From: Macrostomum lignano
Lineage: Eukaryota
Length of the DNA: 64,000 bases
NCBI GenBank assembly: GCA_002269645.1
Contig: NIVC01000949.1
Location: forward strand, 62,001-126,000
Direction: 5' to 3'
Below, piece by piece: positions 14,577 to 26,859 of the stretch (its first letter is position 1; each line of letters starts with the position of its first letter). The notes under the pieces were generated by a model. It was given only the letters and a program-made list of their open reading frames with translations. It searched no databases and had not been told where the DNA came from. The position numbers were made by a program, and so were the translations under genes.

Positions 14577-17500
14577 ATGGACTCCACATCGCGCACCCCA
14601 TCTGAGCGGTCTCGCCTATACAAAAACAAAGACAAAGATGGCGAAGAGTTGCGCCGTCGTCGCAACGACGCAAGCGTTGAGCTGCGCAAAGCGTCCAAAA
14701 CTGATCAGATGATGAAGCGGCGAAATATCGACCTGGCCGCCGGGGATGACGACGAGGACGTGGCCCTTGGCGACGGTCAGCAGCAGGCCAGCGGCAAAGT
14801 GCTCAGCCCGCTACGCGACGCCAATAACGTCTTGGCTAATGCCAGCATTGACGACATCTGCAAGGCTATGAAGTCCGGATCTCCTGCCGATCAGTTTGCC
14901 GCCATCCAGGCCTGCCGACGGGCTCTGTCTAAGGAGCGGCACCCGCCTATTGATGAGTTCGTTAATAGGGGCGTGCTGCCCGAGCTGGTTGTGGCCCTGA
15001 CCAAGCCGGCTAATCACCAGGTGCAGATTGGCCTGCGTTATTGTCATGCTTTAATAGTTTCAGCCAGTCAGTGTGGCTCATTGTATAGGCGCTGTCATTA
15101 GGGGTGTTCATATCTCCGTAAAGCAGCTTGTTTTACAACTCCGACATTCATTTCTCTGACACTGCATGTCTCAGACTATTCATATATCCGACTCTTCATA
15201 TTTCCGGACACTTGAAATCTCCGACACTTCATATATCTGATTCTTCATATTTCCGGACACTTGAAATCTCCGACACTTCATATTTCCGACACTTCATATT
15301 TCCGACACTTCATATCTCCGACACTTCATATCTCCGACACTTCATCTCACTGACACTTCATCTCACTGACGCTTCATCTCACTGAAACTTCATATTTCCG
15401 ACACTTCATATTTCCGACTCTTCATATTTCCGACTCTTCATATCTCCGACACTTCATATTTCCGACTCTTCATATCTCCGACTCTTCATATCTCCGACAC
15501 TTCATATTTCCGATACTTCATATCTCCGACACTTTATCTCACTGACACTTCATATTTCCGACTCTTCATATCTCCGACTCTTCATATCTCCGACACTTCA
15601 TATTTCCGACACTTCATATCCCCGACACTTTATCTCACTGACACTTCATATCTCCGACACTTCATATTTCCGGCACTTCATATCTCCGACACTTTATCTC
15701 ACTGACACTTCATATCACTGAAACTTCATCTCGCTGACACTTCATCTCACTGACACTTCATCTCACTGACACTTCATCTCACTGACACTTCATATTTCCG
15801 ACACTTCATATCTCCGACACTTATCTCACTGACACTTCATATTTCCGACTCTTCATATCTCCGACTCTTCATATCTCCGACACTTCATATCTCCGACTCT
15901 TCATATTTCCGACACTTCATATCTCCGACTCTTCATATTTCCGACTCTTCATATCTCCGACACTTCATATTTCCGACACTTCACAACTCCGACACTGAAT
16001 GTGTGTTGTGTCCCTGCACCCTCGGATGAGTGAATGTGTATTGTGTCCCACAAAGTCTACAGTTTCTTGCATCGGTACTATATTTAAACGCATCAAGCAT
16101 TGGACTGTGCAGTGCCTATTATTAAGCCATTAATTCGCCATCACAGGTGGTATTTGAAGCGGCCTGGGCCCTCACCAACATAGCCAGCGGTGAGGCTCAG
16201 CACACTCGCGCCGTTGTTAACGCCGGCGCCCTGCAGCCCTTGATTGAACTGTTGAACTCCGAGCATCTCAACGTGGCTGAGCAGGCCGTCTGGGCTCTCG
16301 GCAACATCGCTGGTGATGGCTCCGAACTGCGCGACCGCGCCATCAAAGCTGGAATTGTCCAGCCGCTGCTCCGGCTGCTCCAGCGGGTGTCACGCGATTC
16401 CGCCATCGCCGCTAGCAGCAGCAGCTCGGGCTCGGATAATAGCATCTCGTTGCTAGGCAACTGCGCTTGGCTAGTTAGCAACCTGTGCCGCAATAAGAAT
16501 CCGCCGCCGCCAGCTAGCGCCGTACTGGAACTCCTGCCGGCTATGGCCGCCCTGCTGCAGGCGCCGCACAAGGAGGTGGTGCAGGACACCTGCTGGGCTC
16601 TGAGCTACGTTACCGACGCCGTTAATGATCTTATTGGACAGGTAATTCAAAGGCAACAGTGTTTAACAGAATTGATAATAAAGTGTCCAGAAAAATTAGT
16701 TATACGTACTAATGCTGAAATGTGCCCAAATCACATGCTGATGTACGAGTATGTAACAGAATCCCATGTTTGATGTACATTGGAGAATCCCATGTTTGAT
16801 GTACATTGGAGAATCTCATGTCTGATGTACATAGGTGAATCCCATGTTTGATGTACATAGGAGAATCCCATGTTTGATGTACATTGGAGAATCCCATGTT
16901 TGATGTACATTGGAGAATCTCATGTCTGATGTACATAGGTGAATCCCATGTTTGATGTACATAGGAGAATCCCATGTTTGATGTACGAGCTACATTGAAG
17001 AATCCCGTACTGATCTAAATTGGAGAATCTCATTCTGATGTACATTGGAGAATCTCATGTTGATGTACATTGAAGAATCCCATGCTGATGTACATTTGAG
17101 AATCCCATGCTGGTGTATTTTGAAGAATCCCATGCTGATGTACATTAAAGAATTCCATGCTGATGTACATTATAGAGAATCTCATGCTGATGTATTTTGA
17201 AGAATCTCATTGGTGTGTACATTATAGAAATGTTCATGCGAAAACTCATTTGCTAACTCTGTACCAACAAAAGCCAACTAATGTACACGGGGAAATCCCA
17301 CTCAACGGCATAGCAGATATCTTAACTGTTGACATTAGAGAAACCAATCTTCAATGGCTTTAATATTCCGTCTAATTGCGCCTCACTCAAGGTAATTGCT
17401 AGCGGTGTCCTACCTACCCTGGTGGCCCTGCTGGACCACACGGAGGCCGCCATTGTCACGCCAGCCCTGCGCACCATCGGCAATATTGTGACTGGCACAG

Positions 17501-18751
17501 ACCAGCAGACTGACACGGCTCTGGCTGCCGGATTTTTGCCCAAGTGCCACCGCCTGCTGCTGCACAATAAACCGAACATTGTTAAGGAGGCCGCCTGGGC
17601 TCTGTCCAATGTTTTGGCCGGATCGCAGCCGCAGATTCAGCAGGTTTGCACTTTTTGGATGATTGGGTGTTTTGTAGATGTAGATCAGGTCCATCGATGG
17701 TCCGCCATGCCCTCCTTACCCTGTCTTTCAATGGGCTGCCTTACCCTCCTCCCCATGATCTAATAGGCTGTCTTCCCTCCCCAAGATCTAATAAACTGTC
17801 TTACCCTCCCCAAGATCTAATAGACTGTCTTACCCTCCCCAAGATCTAATAGACTGTCTTACCCTCCTCCCCCAAGATCTTCCAATGGGCTGTCTTACCC
17901 TCCTCCCCCAAGATCTTCCAATGGGCTGTCTTACCCTCCTCCCCTAAGACCTTTCAATGGGCTGCCTTACCCTCCTCCCCCAAGACCTTTCAATGGACTG
18001 TCTTACCCTCCTCCGCCAAAATCCTTTGATGGGCTGCCTTACTATTCCTCTGTTCAAGGTCCTCAATCAACCCCTAGCCCTGGACTGCCTTACCCTTTTC
18101 CCCAATGTCCTTAAACAGTCCACCTTACGAGTTTTCCTTGCCATCGCGTACCTAAATATTGAAATTCAGAAAATTCCTTGTTGATACACATAACTTAAAA
18201 TTTTCTGTATTCCGATATGTATCGAAACAAGCATTGAAAAACTAAAAATCCTCCAGGTGATCGACAACAACCTGATCCCGCCTCTAATTGGCATAGTTAT
18301 TAATGGCGATTTCAAAGCCAAGAAAGAGGCCACCTGGGCCCTCACTAACATGGTTACTGGCGGCGACGAGGCCCAGATCAGCTACCTGGCCAATCAGAAT
18401 GTTGTGCCAGCCCTGTGCGAGATGCTGTCGGTGCAGGAGGCCAAGATTGTCTGCATCGTGATGGAGTCGCTTACCGCCCTGCTTAGTCTGGCCAAAAAGT
18501 ACAACCAGGCCGACGATATGTGCATCGCTATCGAGGGCTGCGGTGGATTAGACAAACTTGAAGCCCTGCAGGAGCACGAGAATCCTCGAGTGTACGAGAT
18601 GTCACTCCAAATGATCGAGGAGTTCTTTGGCAACGACGAGGACGGCGGCGGCAACGAGTCGGGCGCCGCTGCCGCCGGCGACGGCGCCGGCCAGATGATG
18701 TTCTCAGCCCCGACTGACGGCAACGCTCCCGCTGGTGGATTCAAATTCTGA
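14577..18751 (+). CDS. KPNA2: Importin subunit alpha (karyopherin alpha, alpha-2/KPNA2-like)
   Basis: Exons 14577-15020, 16147-16641, 17392-17643 and 18257-18751, all phase 0. IBB domain ([20 protein letters not shown]), ARM repeats ([44 protein letters not shown]) and C-terminal [20 protein letters not shown] favours the alpha-2 clade; the exact paralogue is inferred. Confidence 0.93.
15140..15990. repeat. 15-bp minisatellite (TCCGACACTTCATAT), importin intron 1
   Basis: Directly visible tandem array with CTCACTGACAC variants. Confidence 0.95.
16757..17220. repeat. About 26-bp minisatellite (GAATCCCATGTTTGATGTACATTGGA), importin intron 2
   Basis: Directly visible; decays towards the 3' end. 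Confidence 0.92.
17710..18100. repeat. 29-36-bp minisatellite (CTGTCTTACCCTCC..CCAAGATCT), importin intron 3
   Basis: Directly visible. Confidence 0.9.
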
Positions 18752-20893
18752 TGGCCAGTTAATCTCCGATAATATTTCTACAACTCCCAAAAATACAGTA
18801 CTACTAATAGTAGTTTATTTTAGGGTCAACTGGTAACAACTTAGAATCTATAGTAATGACTGCTACACTTTTCAGCTAAAGATCTTTGCTACTAATAGTA
18901 GCTTGATTCCGTTTATCACAAATTTAAGCAACTATGCTCGTAGAGTATAGTATTGCTACTAAAAGTAGGTTGTCAATTTTCGACTAAAAAGTAGCATTAA
19001 GAATTTAACTGCATCTCGTTATATTGCTAGTAACTACTGAACTCTAAAAGCATTTGTCACCGTTTGCAATTAAATATTTTCTTACTCAATTTTTCTTTAA
19101 GCGTCTACAAAGCTGAGTGAGTCTTATTTTTACAAATTAACTTTTTAGTACTACACGAATGATTTTTCTTAATCGTTCCAGCTTCAATCCAATCAGCGTT
19201 CCTAGCAACTAACCAGTGATTCTCTCGTACGTGTAACTCTAGACTATGGTGCAATTAGCTCGTATTTATTTTTTCTAATAATTTACACTTTTTAGTCAAA
19301 CAATACTACATTGTCAAATCAGCTGGTGCTTATTAAATATATTTTGTTCCAATTGAGTTATGCCCAAGTGCGCGCGATATTATATTTTTTTAATTCTACT
19401 AAGTAGCTCGTACGTTTAAATATATAAACTGAACTAAAATGTCAAGTAAACTTTTTGACCGTCAAAAAAATTCCATCTTTGTCTTATCTGATTAAAATTT
19501 GAGCGGCATTCGATTTATTGCTAATTCGAATTTTTTTACAAGCTGTGGATTGGGATCGATCGAATCGTGCTGAGTACTTGTATGGGAACGTTTTCTCTAA
19601 ATCTATTGCAATATAACGGTAAAAGATTGATCAGCAAGCTTTATTAATCATAAATTTACGTTTCTATCAAGCATGCAGCTATAAGTGCAAGAAAAGTCGA
19701 GAAATCTTGAATCAAATATAAAAGCAGATAGCGTTATTGTCTTGAAAAAGCAATTATTGTTCAACTTTACGGTACTTAGTTTTTATATTGAATTAAATGT
19801 TAGTTTTAATTACTGAACGATGGTATCGAAATGGTTCATTCCCGCGATAGTTAATTTCCCGGGCTGCAGGCTTAACAGAGCCTTAGGAAGACCCGTTTTC
19901 CTTACTTTGAAATCTTATTTCCGATTGGCTGATACGATCTGCAATTAGTTAGGTGAGCAAGTCCATCTTATTGTTAATATTTAGGTGTATGACTGGGAGG
20001 ATGATTGAAGCACGCACAAGCGTGTGTGTTAATGCCCTAATCAGCAATTTCTGGCAGCAGTAACTAGGCATTCGTTGAATCAGATGAGCTTTTGCTCAAA
20101 TTATTTGAAATTCTTGAGTATTTATTTTGTTGGCTCTATTACGTCATAGTGGCAATATTTTGCATCTTGGTGTTATATTTTTCAACTATACAGAAACAAA
20201 AACTTTCTGAATGTCACAAGCTAATTTTTTCCTACGTCGGACGGTTGTTGTGATTCGTTGTAATTTTTTCGCACTTCTTTAATTTTCTTATTTCCTTCAA
20301 TTTCGCGGGCTCGAGTACTTACTTTCGTACGTACTCGTAAGTTTCAACTCAAATGCTTAGCGATAATTTTAGCCTATCTTAAGCACAAAGACGTAAGTAA
20401 TAATCCTAAGTTAAAATGTCGTTTAAGCTTCAAAGATTCTAGATCTATTGATGTATTGTCATTTGTGATCAATTTTTAAATGGGGCCAGATTATCCTTTC
20501 TTTGCCAATCAAAATACAAAAATTTCACAGCTTGCCAGATCCAGTTCAGATTCAGATAAAGCTGGTCTTAGACTCTTAGGCCTATCTTTTTTGCCCCAGA
20601 TAAGACTGGAATACTAAGTTATTTTTAACTATGTCATATGCTAAATATTTATCCACAAAAACATCCATTGGCTATGGCCAAAGATGAATATCTAGGAGTA
20701 AAAAAAACTTGACAATTGCAGGGCCTAGGCTGCCTAGCATAAGCCTAGTGTCTAGAGCCTTTAAGATTATTTTGACTAGAAAGTTTGTAGGCCTATGACT
20801 TGTTTAGTACCTATCTATGAGGTAAATTAAAAGCAAATCAAGAACATTAAACCCAAAATACTATGAGGGTATCATAGAGCCTAGTTAGCATCA

Positions 20894-21768
20894 TGATATT
20901 GTAACAGGGGGGATTCTTCCTTCTTAATAATATCCCACCGCTGTTACCAAAGTTGTAACAGGCCTTTTGACTCCCTATGAAAATCCCACTAAATGCCACC
21001 AAAGTTGACGTAGGGGTGTTCCCGTACGATACAAAATCCTATCGCTAAGTCACCAAAGTTGTCCTAGGGGTCTTATTTATACCTTCTTGCTGGTTATTAC
21101 TTGCCCTTTACTCGTAGCGCATGTACTTCGATTGGTAGCGTCTGTACTTCTATTGGTAGCGTATGTACTGTTATTGGTAGCGTATGTACTGTTATTGTAC
21201 CTTCTGGCCTGAGCGGTCTATTGGCACTGTCTATTCTATTCCTATACTTCCCTAAAAATATTATTCTCTCAGTCCTGGCGTTCCCGGGATCAGAGGGTCA
21301 CAGCTCTAAAGCGAAATCCCTGCCCTGAGGCGTTTATTCCTGCTCTGAAGCGATTCTTCTGCCCTGAGGCGAATATTTCTGCTCTGAAGCAATTCTTCGG
21401 CCCTGAGGCGTTTCTCGCTTTTAGCAGATTTCTGACTCTCCCAATTGGGGTTCTTATACTCTAAGAAATGAACAAGTCAATTTTCGATTCTTCTCGTCAG
21501 TTTTAGCTTTTTGTTAAGCACACGAACGAACAAGTTAAATGAGCTGGGCGAATTGTCCGAGTTAGTCCTCCTGGCCCACTCAGAGCTTCTATTTATAGTA
21601 GAAATCATTACAGTTTATAACAAATATTAATCGCGAAAATATTTTTGCAACTCACCAAATTAAAACAAAGTTTTAGCGCGAATTTGAAATCGGCTCTTCT
21701 AAGAAATAGACAGAAACGAGTAATTACTATGCGCCCTACCTCAATATTGTTACTAGTAATATGTTACT
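20894..21768 (-). mobile_element. LTR-like element (about 700 bp) followed by 3-4 tandem LTR-end + PBS units
   Basis: Begins near AGTAACATAT (21768), has TATAAATA at 21597-21590 and internal short tandem repeats, and ends CCCCTAGGACA-ACTT-TGG. PBS-like units at 21035-21055, 20982-21001 and 20931-20949; the last matches the tRNA-Leu complement TGGTGGCAGCGGTGGGATT at 16/19. No internal gag-pol seen. Confidence 0.65.
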
Positions 21769-22129
21769 AAGTATTAGGCACAAGCTTTAAAGGTGGAATT
21801 AATGAATATTTATATGGTATTAAAAGTACATTTAAGTAGCCATATAGAAGGTTTATGGAATTTTCATCAACTTTTTTTCATCAACTTGGTTGACGAATAT
21901 TCCAACCCTCATTTCTGCAGTTCACGAATATTCCAAATCTTCCCCTGCCTGTTGACAAAAGTTCCACAGCCAGATTGAAAGCATCAGAGAACTGCCTTTG
22001 TGCACAATTTATTGTGTATACTGTATTGCATATTCAACATGTGTTGATTACCATTGTGCAATGTTGTTGTGCATTACAATCTGAGCATGAACTAGCTAGC
22101 AGATGTATATGACTTGTTCAAATGCAAGG

Positions 22130-22440
22130 AAATGAGCATCTACAACCAGACCATTCATACGAACAATGAGTGTGAGAGGTGGCATCGGCAACTGAAGCAA
22201 TGAGCAGAGTGAGGTAACATCTGCCTGTATCCCTTGTTGTAGCTACTGCACAATGAGGCTCTTATGGTGCCAGTTCAGGCAGCACTGGTGCAGCAAGGGC
22301 AGAGTCAGTGGCAGCATTGCGGTCGATACAAGAAGCTGCAAGAGCTAGTAGACCAGCATTGGTGTGATTATCGTAACAGCCAGCTTACTATCTACAGGCT
22401 TCTGGTAGAATGCTCCCGGCTGAATCATTCCAAAATTTGG
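22130..22440 (+). pseudogene. MULE transposase C-terminal remnant
   Basis: SIYNQTIHTNNECERWHRQLKQ*AE*GNICLYPLL*LLHNEALMVPVQAALV..RYKKLQ..W.DY..LL..CSRL resembles the MULE RTNNxxEGWH catalytic-Glu region. Stops at 22201, 22210 and 22240. Confidence 0.7.
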
Positions 22441-22745
22441 TCAGAGAGGATAGTGAATACAGTTTTATGAGATGAAGACTACTAGACTATATGCTTTTAA
22501 TATACTCCATTATACTCCATATACCCCAATACCCCATTTACTCCATATACTCCATATATTCCATTTTTTAATATAATCCATATACCCCATATATCCCATA
22601 TACTCCATATACTTCATTTTTAATATAACCTAGGCTTATTGGTTATTGGCCCAATAGCCCAACCCTCACCAGTTCCACAACATCAAGCCAAGCTATATTG
22701 TACAATATTTATACTGTAACTGCATGTTTGTACTGCAGCTTGTAT

Positions 22746-23329
22746 CCCTATAGGAAAAAGTTGTAAAACCGCAGACAATGTCCGGCGCACTTTTGAAATT
22801 TTTCTAAAGCACAGCGTGCGCACAGGCGCATCGCCTGCATGCGCGCTGCCTTTTCTTACTGGCTGCTGCTCTAGCAAATACATATACATGGAAATGGGTA
22901 TAATACCTCTGTTGAAGGGGCTTATACACTTGTAATTTATTAAGCTTAGAGATGTTCCGAAAATTCAATTTCAATTTTCCAAAATTTGAAATTATTTAGA
23001 GCAAATTTCAATTTCAAAAAAAAATTGGAATTGAAAATTTTGGTAGTGTCTAAAAAGTTGCTAAAAATAAACTACTTTCTACTACATATACATGTATTAC
23101 TTTTTGCTTAAGCAATAAATTGAAAGTAAAAAAGTAAGTGTTGATCATACTAAACTTTGTTTTTCTGAATTATGATTTTGGAAAATTTTAATTTTGATTT
23201 TAGAAAGTTAGCAAATTTTGATTTCGACAAAACTGCAGATCTTTCGGAACATCTCTAATAATCCTAAAGCGCGGTAAAATAGTTTAACAAGCGTGCGTCT
23301 GCAGGTTTTTAACATTTATTCTAATAGGG
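22746..23329. mobile_element. Composite MITE-like repeat, copy 1
   Basis: Imperfect CCCTAT..ATAGGG ends. Homologous along its length to 24334-24866. Confidence 0.7.
22947..23257. mobile_element. Nested hAT-like MITE
   Basis: Perfect 16-bp TIR TAGAGATGTTCCGAAA. In copy 2 the equivalent flanks read ATAATGCT and ATAATCCT, consistent with an 8-bp TSD. Confidence 0.65.
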
Positions 23330-24333
23330 ACTTGTATCTTAACATTTAACATTTTTTACTATTGAAAATTTTTTCGATCAACTCTCGATAAAAGAACTGC
23401 ACCAGATTGTTACTGTAAAAGTTGGTGAAAAACAAAAAAGTAAAATGTGGTACAACTGGCAAGTTGAATTCTCGCTAAGTAATTATTGGACAATAAAGTT
23501 TAATAAATTTACTTATTAAAATACGTATCATGTAAGTTAAAGTTAAAGTGCATCCAATGGCACCCAGTTGATGAAAATTCCACATTTCTCATTGGTAGTT
23601 GATGAAGATTCAATTTTTCCTATTGGCAGTTGACAAACATTCCAACTACCAATGAATTTTTGTCAACTCTCAGTTAACAAAAAAAGTTGACAGAAATACT
23701 AGGATCCATATAGAATTTTATAAATGGGATTGGGAGAGCACTATATCTAGGCAATATATAAATGGCCTTGCCCTTAGCTCAAAAGGCTATATAACTTATA
23801 CTTAAACTAAATAGATAGAAGTAGATATCAATATAACAATAGTTAAAAGAAAAAAATTACTTTAGCAAACAAAATAAAGCTTATTTTCTTAAATTAAGCT
23901 TGTGTAGTTGTAGTTTAGCTATACCAAACCCTTAAAAAACATTAGCATGCTTTTTGGACTCAAAAAAATTAAAAATCTTAAAATGCAATTTAGCAAATTA
24001 GGTTCAATAGGCATATTTATGAAGACTGAATCCTAAATTGTCAATACTACCAAGGTGAGATCTCAATATTATAGGATAAGGAACATTGATGATTTTTCTC
24101 AATATACAGCCAGCTAAGTATAATTGGGCAACTATTATCATTTCATTCATTCCATTTAGATCAATAATATGCTACCCAATAAAAAAGATCAATGTTTTTT
24201 TTGGCAATTTTTCTATAGCTCAAATAAGCCAAGTAGGCTCCAATTGAGTATATTGCTCTAGTCAATGCTAAAAGCCCAAAAAATATAATACTAGGACTTA
24301 AATCCCTATCTAGGACTTAAATCCCTATCTAGT

Positions 24334-24866
24334 CCCTATAGGAAAAAGTTGTAAAACCATGGACAATGTCTGGCGCACTTTTAAAATTTTTCTAAAGTGT
24401 AGTGCCTGCATAGGCACGCAGCGCCTACATGCATGCTACCCTTTCCTGCTGGGTGCTGCTCTAGCTAATACCTAATACCTTTGTGGAAAGGGCTTATACA
24501 CTCGTAATTTCTCGTATAATGCTTAGATGTTCCAAAATTTGGAATTTTTAAGTGAATTTTAAATTTTGAAAAAAATTGGAAGTCAAAATTTTGTAAGTGT
24601 GTAAAAGAGTAGCTAAAAATAAACTAATTTATGTTATATATATATGTATTTTGTTTTGCATAGACAGTAAATCTAGAGTAAAAAAAGTTAGTTTTGGTCA
24701 TATTAAACTTTGTTTTCCTGAATTTTGATTTTGAAAAATTTTAATTATAATTTTGGAAAGTTAGCAAATTTTGAATTCAACAGAAAATAATCCTAAAGTG
24801 TGGTAAAATAATTTGACTCTTTCTAAAGTGCACATCCACAAGTTTTCAACATTTATTCCAAAAGGG
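24334..24866. mobile_element. Composite MITE-like repeat, copy 2 (more decayed)
   Basis: Same-orientation homologue of 22746-23329 with many C>T and G>A differences. Confidence 0.7.
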
Positions 24867-26859
24867 GTGCTTGTAATAATATCACATGCTTATAGTGCTT
24901 GTCTATCTATTTGTACTAAACTTAGTACAAGTTGTTAGTCCAACTGTTGGCCTAATACTCTAAGGTGTGTAGGAGACATGCACTCCATTTTTATACATAC
25001 CCATTTGAAAATGTGTTTTTTGACAAGGTTAAAACAAAACAATTTAATTTGAATAGCAAAATCTAATGACAATAATGTTAAATTTCAATGAACACTACAG
25101 CTTTCTTTAAACTTTTGCATTCACCAAACTGGTTATTTCCTAACTGACTACTTGCTTAATTGGCTGTTACCAAATTCTAACAGCCAATTTCCAAGTGCTT
25201 TAACTTTGATTATTAAGTCTAAAAGACCATTTTTTATAACTTTAGGTTGTCTATTAGGTTCTAGTTTGTTAATGATTTATAACTAATTGCATATATGTTT
25301 CAGTATAGGCATCTTTCATAAAAAGTATTATTGACCACTAACCAGCCAGACAAAATGTAAGGCATGCAATAGTTTGGCAAATAGCAAGCAAGAGGCAATA
25401 ATAGAAAGTGGCCTCTAGCCAGGCAATAACTATTTATTTATAGACAACAGCATTAGCAAACAATGTACATTAGCAATAATATTTAATTCTAAGGTTAAAG
25501 ATGTGGAAATAGAAAAAGATAGTTTAATATAAATTAAAAATAAACCAAAAAATGTAGACAAATAAGCAACATTATAAATTGAACCAGTTGCACCATGAGA
25601 CAGCTCACTAAAACAGAGCTGAGACACTATTAGCAAAATTTTTAGCAGCCTCAGCTGCCTAATAAAACTAAGAGAAGTAACACTGCATAGCCCCACTCTT
25701 AGTCACTAATGTGCATGATGTCAGACACTAGGAGGCCAAGCACGGATAACTAGGTGGCTCCTCTATATAGACTATGTATATGCATGGAATAAAGTTCTTA
25801 TTGAAGGCCTCTTAGTTAGCAAGTGTGAGTTGCCACTTCTATCAGTGTAAGATCAGAATGGTAATTCCATTAACTGCAATCAAATGCAGATGTGTCACTT
25901 GACTGCACTCACCAGACACAAGGCTAGCCCCCATGTCAATCTTAGCAGCAGTACCATGTGTTTGAACTAGACTTGTACTTTGAGTCTTTATACTTTGTGT
26001 TTGTTAGGTCGGCTTATATTTTTGCTTTGACTCAATTAAATATCATTTATTTTGTTAAGTTGATCTATTTGTTTTTTATTTTGAAGTTTATCATACAAGT
26101 GTATTATTAAATAATTTATTAGCTATATATAAATGCCCAACACTTGTCTGACCTGTCCAAACCAGACAGGTGAAATGGCAAATAGCAGATGGAAAATGGA
26201 AAAAAAGTGTAAAAGGAAAAATTGTGGGAAGAAAAAAAGGAGAAGAAGAGAAAATAAAAAGAAAGGAAGGAGACAAGAGAGAGGGGAAAGAGGAGAGAGA
26301 AAGAGAAAAAAAAGAGAAAGGCAAGAAAAGTCATATACAAAGTGAAAATTAAGTTGCAATCGAGAGGAACTAAGTTGCAAATCTAGACAAATCTAAGTTG
26401 CACCAGATGGGTGAAATTTCGAGGTTGGGCATGTATGAGGCTATGTAAGGCATATATCCTAGAAGGCTTAGTAGGTAAATGAAAGGCATTTAATACACTT
26501 AGAAATATATGTTTAGTTTCTTATATATAAAAAACGAATAGTCAAAAGTAATTTTAATAATCCTGAGAGCTCCTGAGATATTAAAAGAAAAAGGGGTGTA
26601 TCAGTATAAGCCATAAGTTAAAATGCTGCAGGTATATGTGATAGTTGTGTTCCAAGTCAATGGCAGCCTAAACTCAAAGCTAATATAGTGGTACCATTGA
26701 AGAGGCAAGAGTCCTACATGGAGAGGCAAACTGGTTCAAGTACCAATAAAAAACCTGCCTCCCCCAAGATGTCCCAGAGCCACGAGTTGAAAATGTTAAG
26801 TCACTGGAAGCCTGGTGGTCATAGTCTGCCACACCGCTACCTACCTACCGCCAGCCTAG

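Larger units (their letters stand above)
21850..23715 (+). mobile_element. Degenerate Mutator-like (MULE) element
   Basis: Degenerate inverted ends (TCAACTTTTTTT..AACT..GTTGAC.AA.ATTC near 21865 and inverted near 23660-23700) enclose a transposase remnant and an inserted MITE. Boundaries are approximate. Confidence 0.5.

Noticed and set aside
20894-21070. CRISPR array interpretation of the repeat-spacer units
   Set aside because: Eukaryotic context, no cas genes, only 3-4 degenerate units, and the repeat is better explained as LTR end plus PBS.
14040-21070. Inverted LTR/PBS motifs flanking importin-alpha as ends of a gene-capturing transposon
   Set aside because: They are two independent, differently aged copies of one LTR family in opposite orientation, with no shared TSD around the gene.
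25400-25960. Possible decayed transposase (ITRW-like motif)
   Set aside because: Too many stops, no second motif and no termini found.
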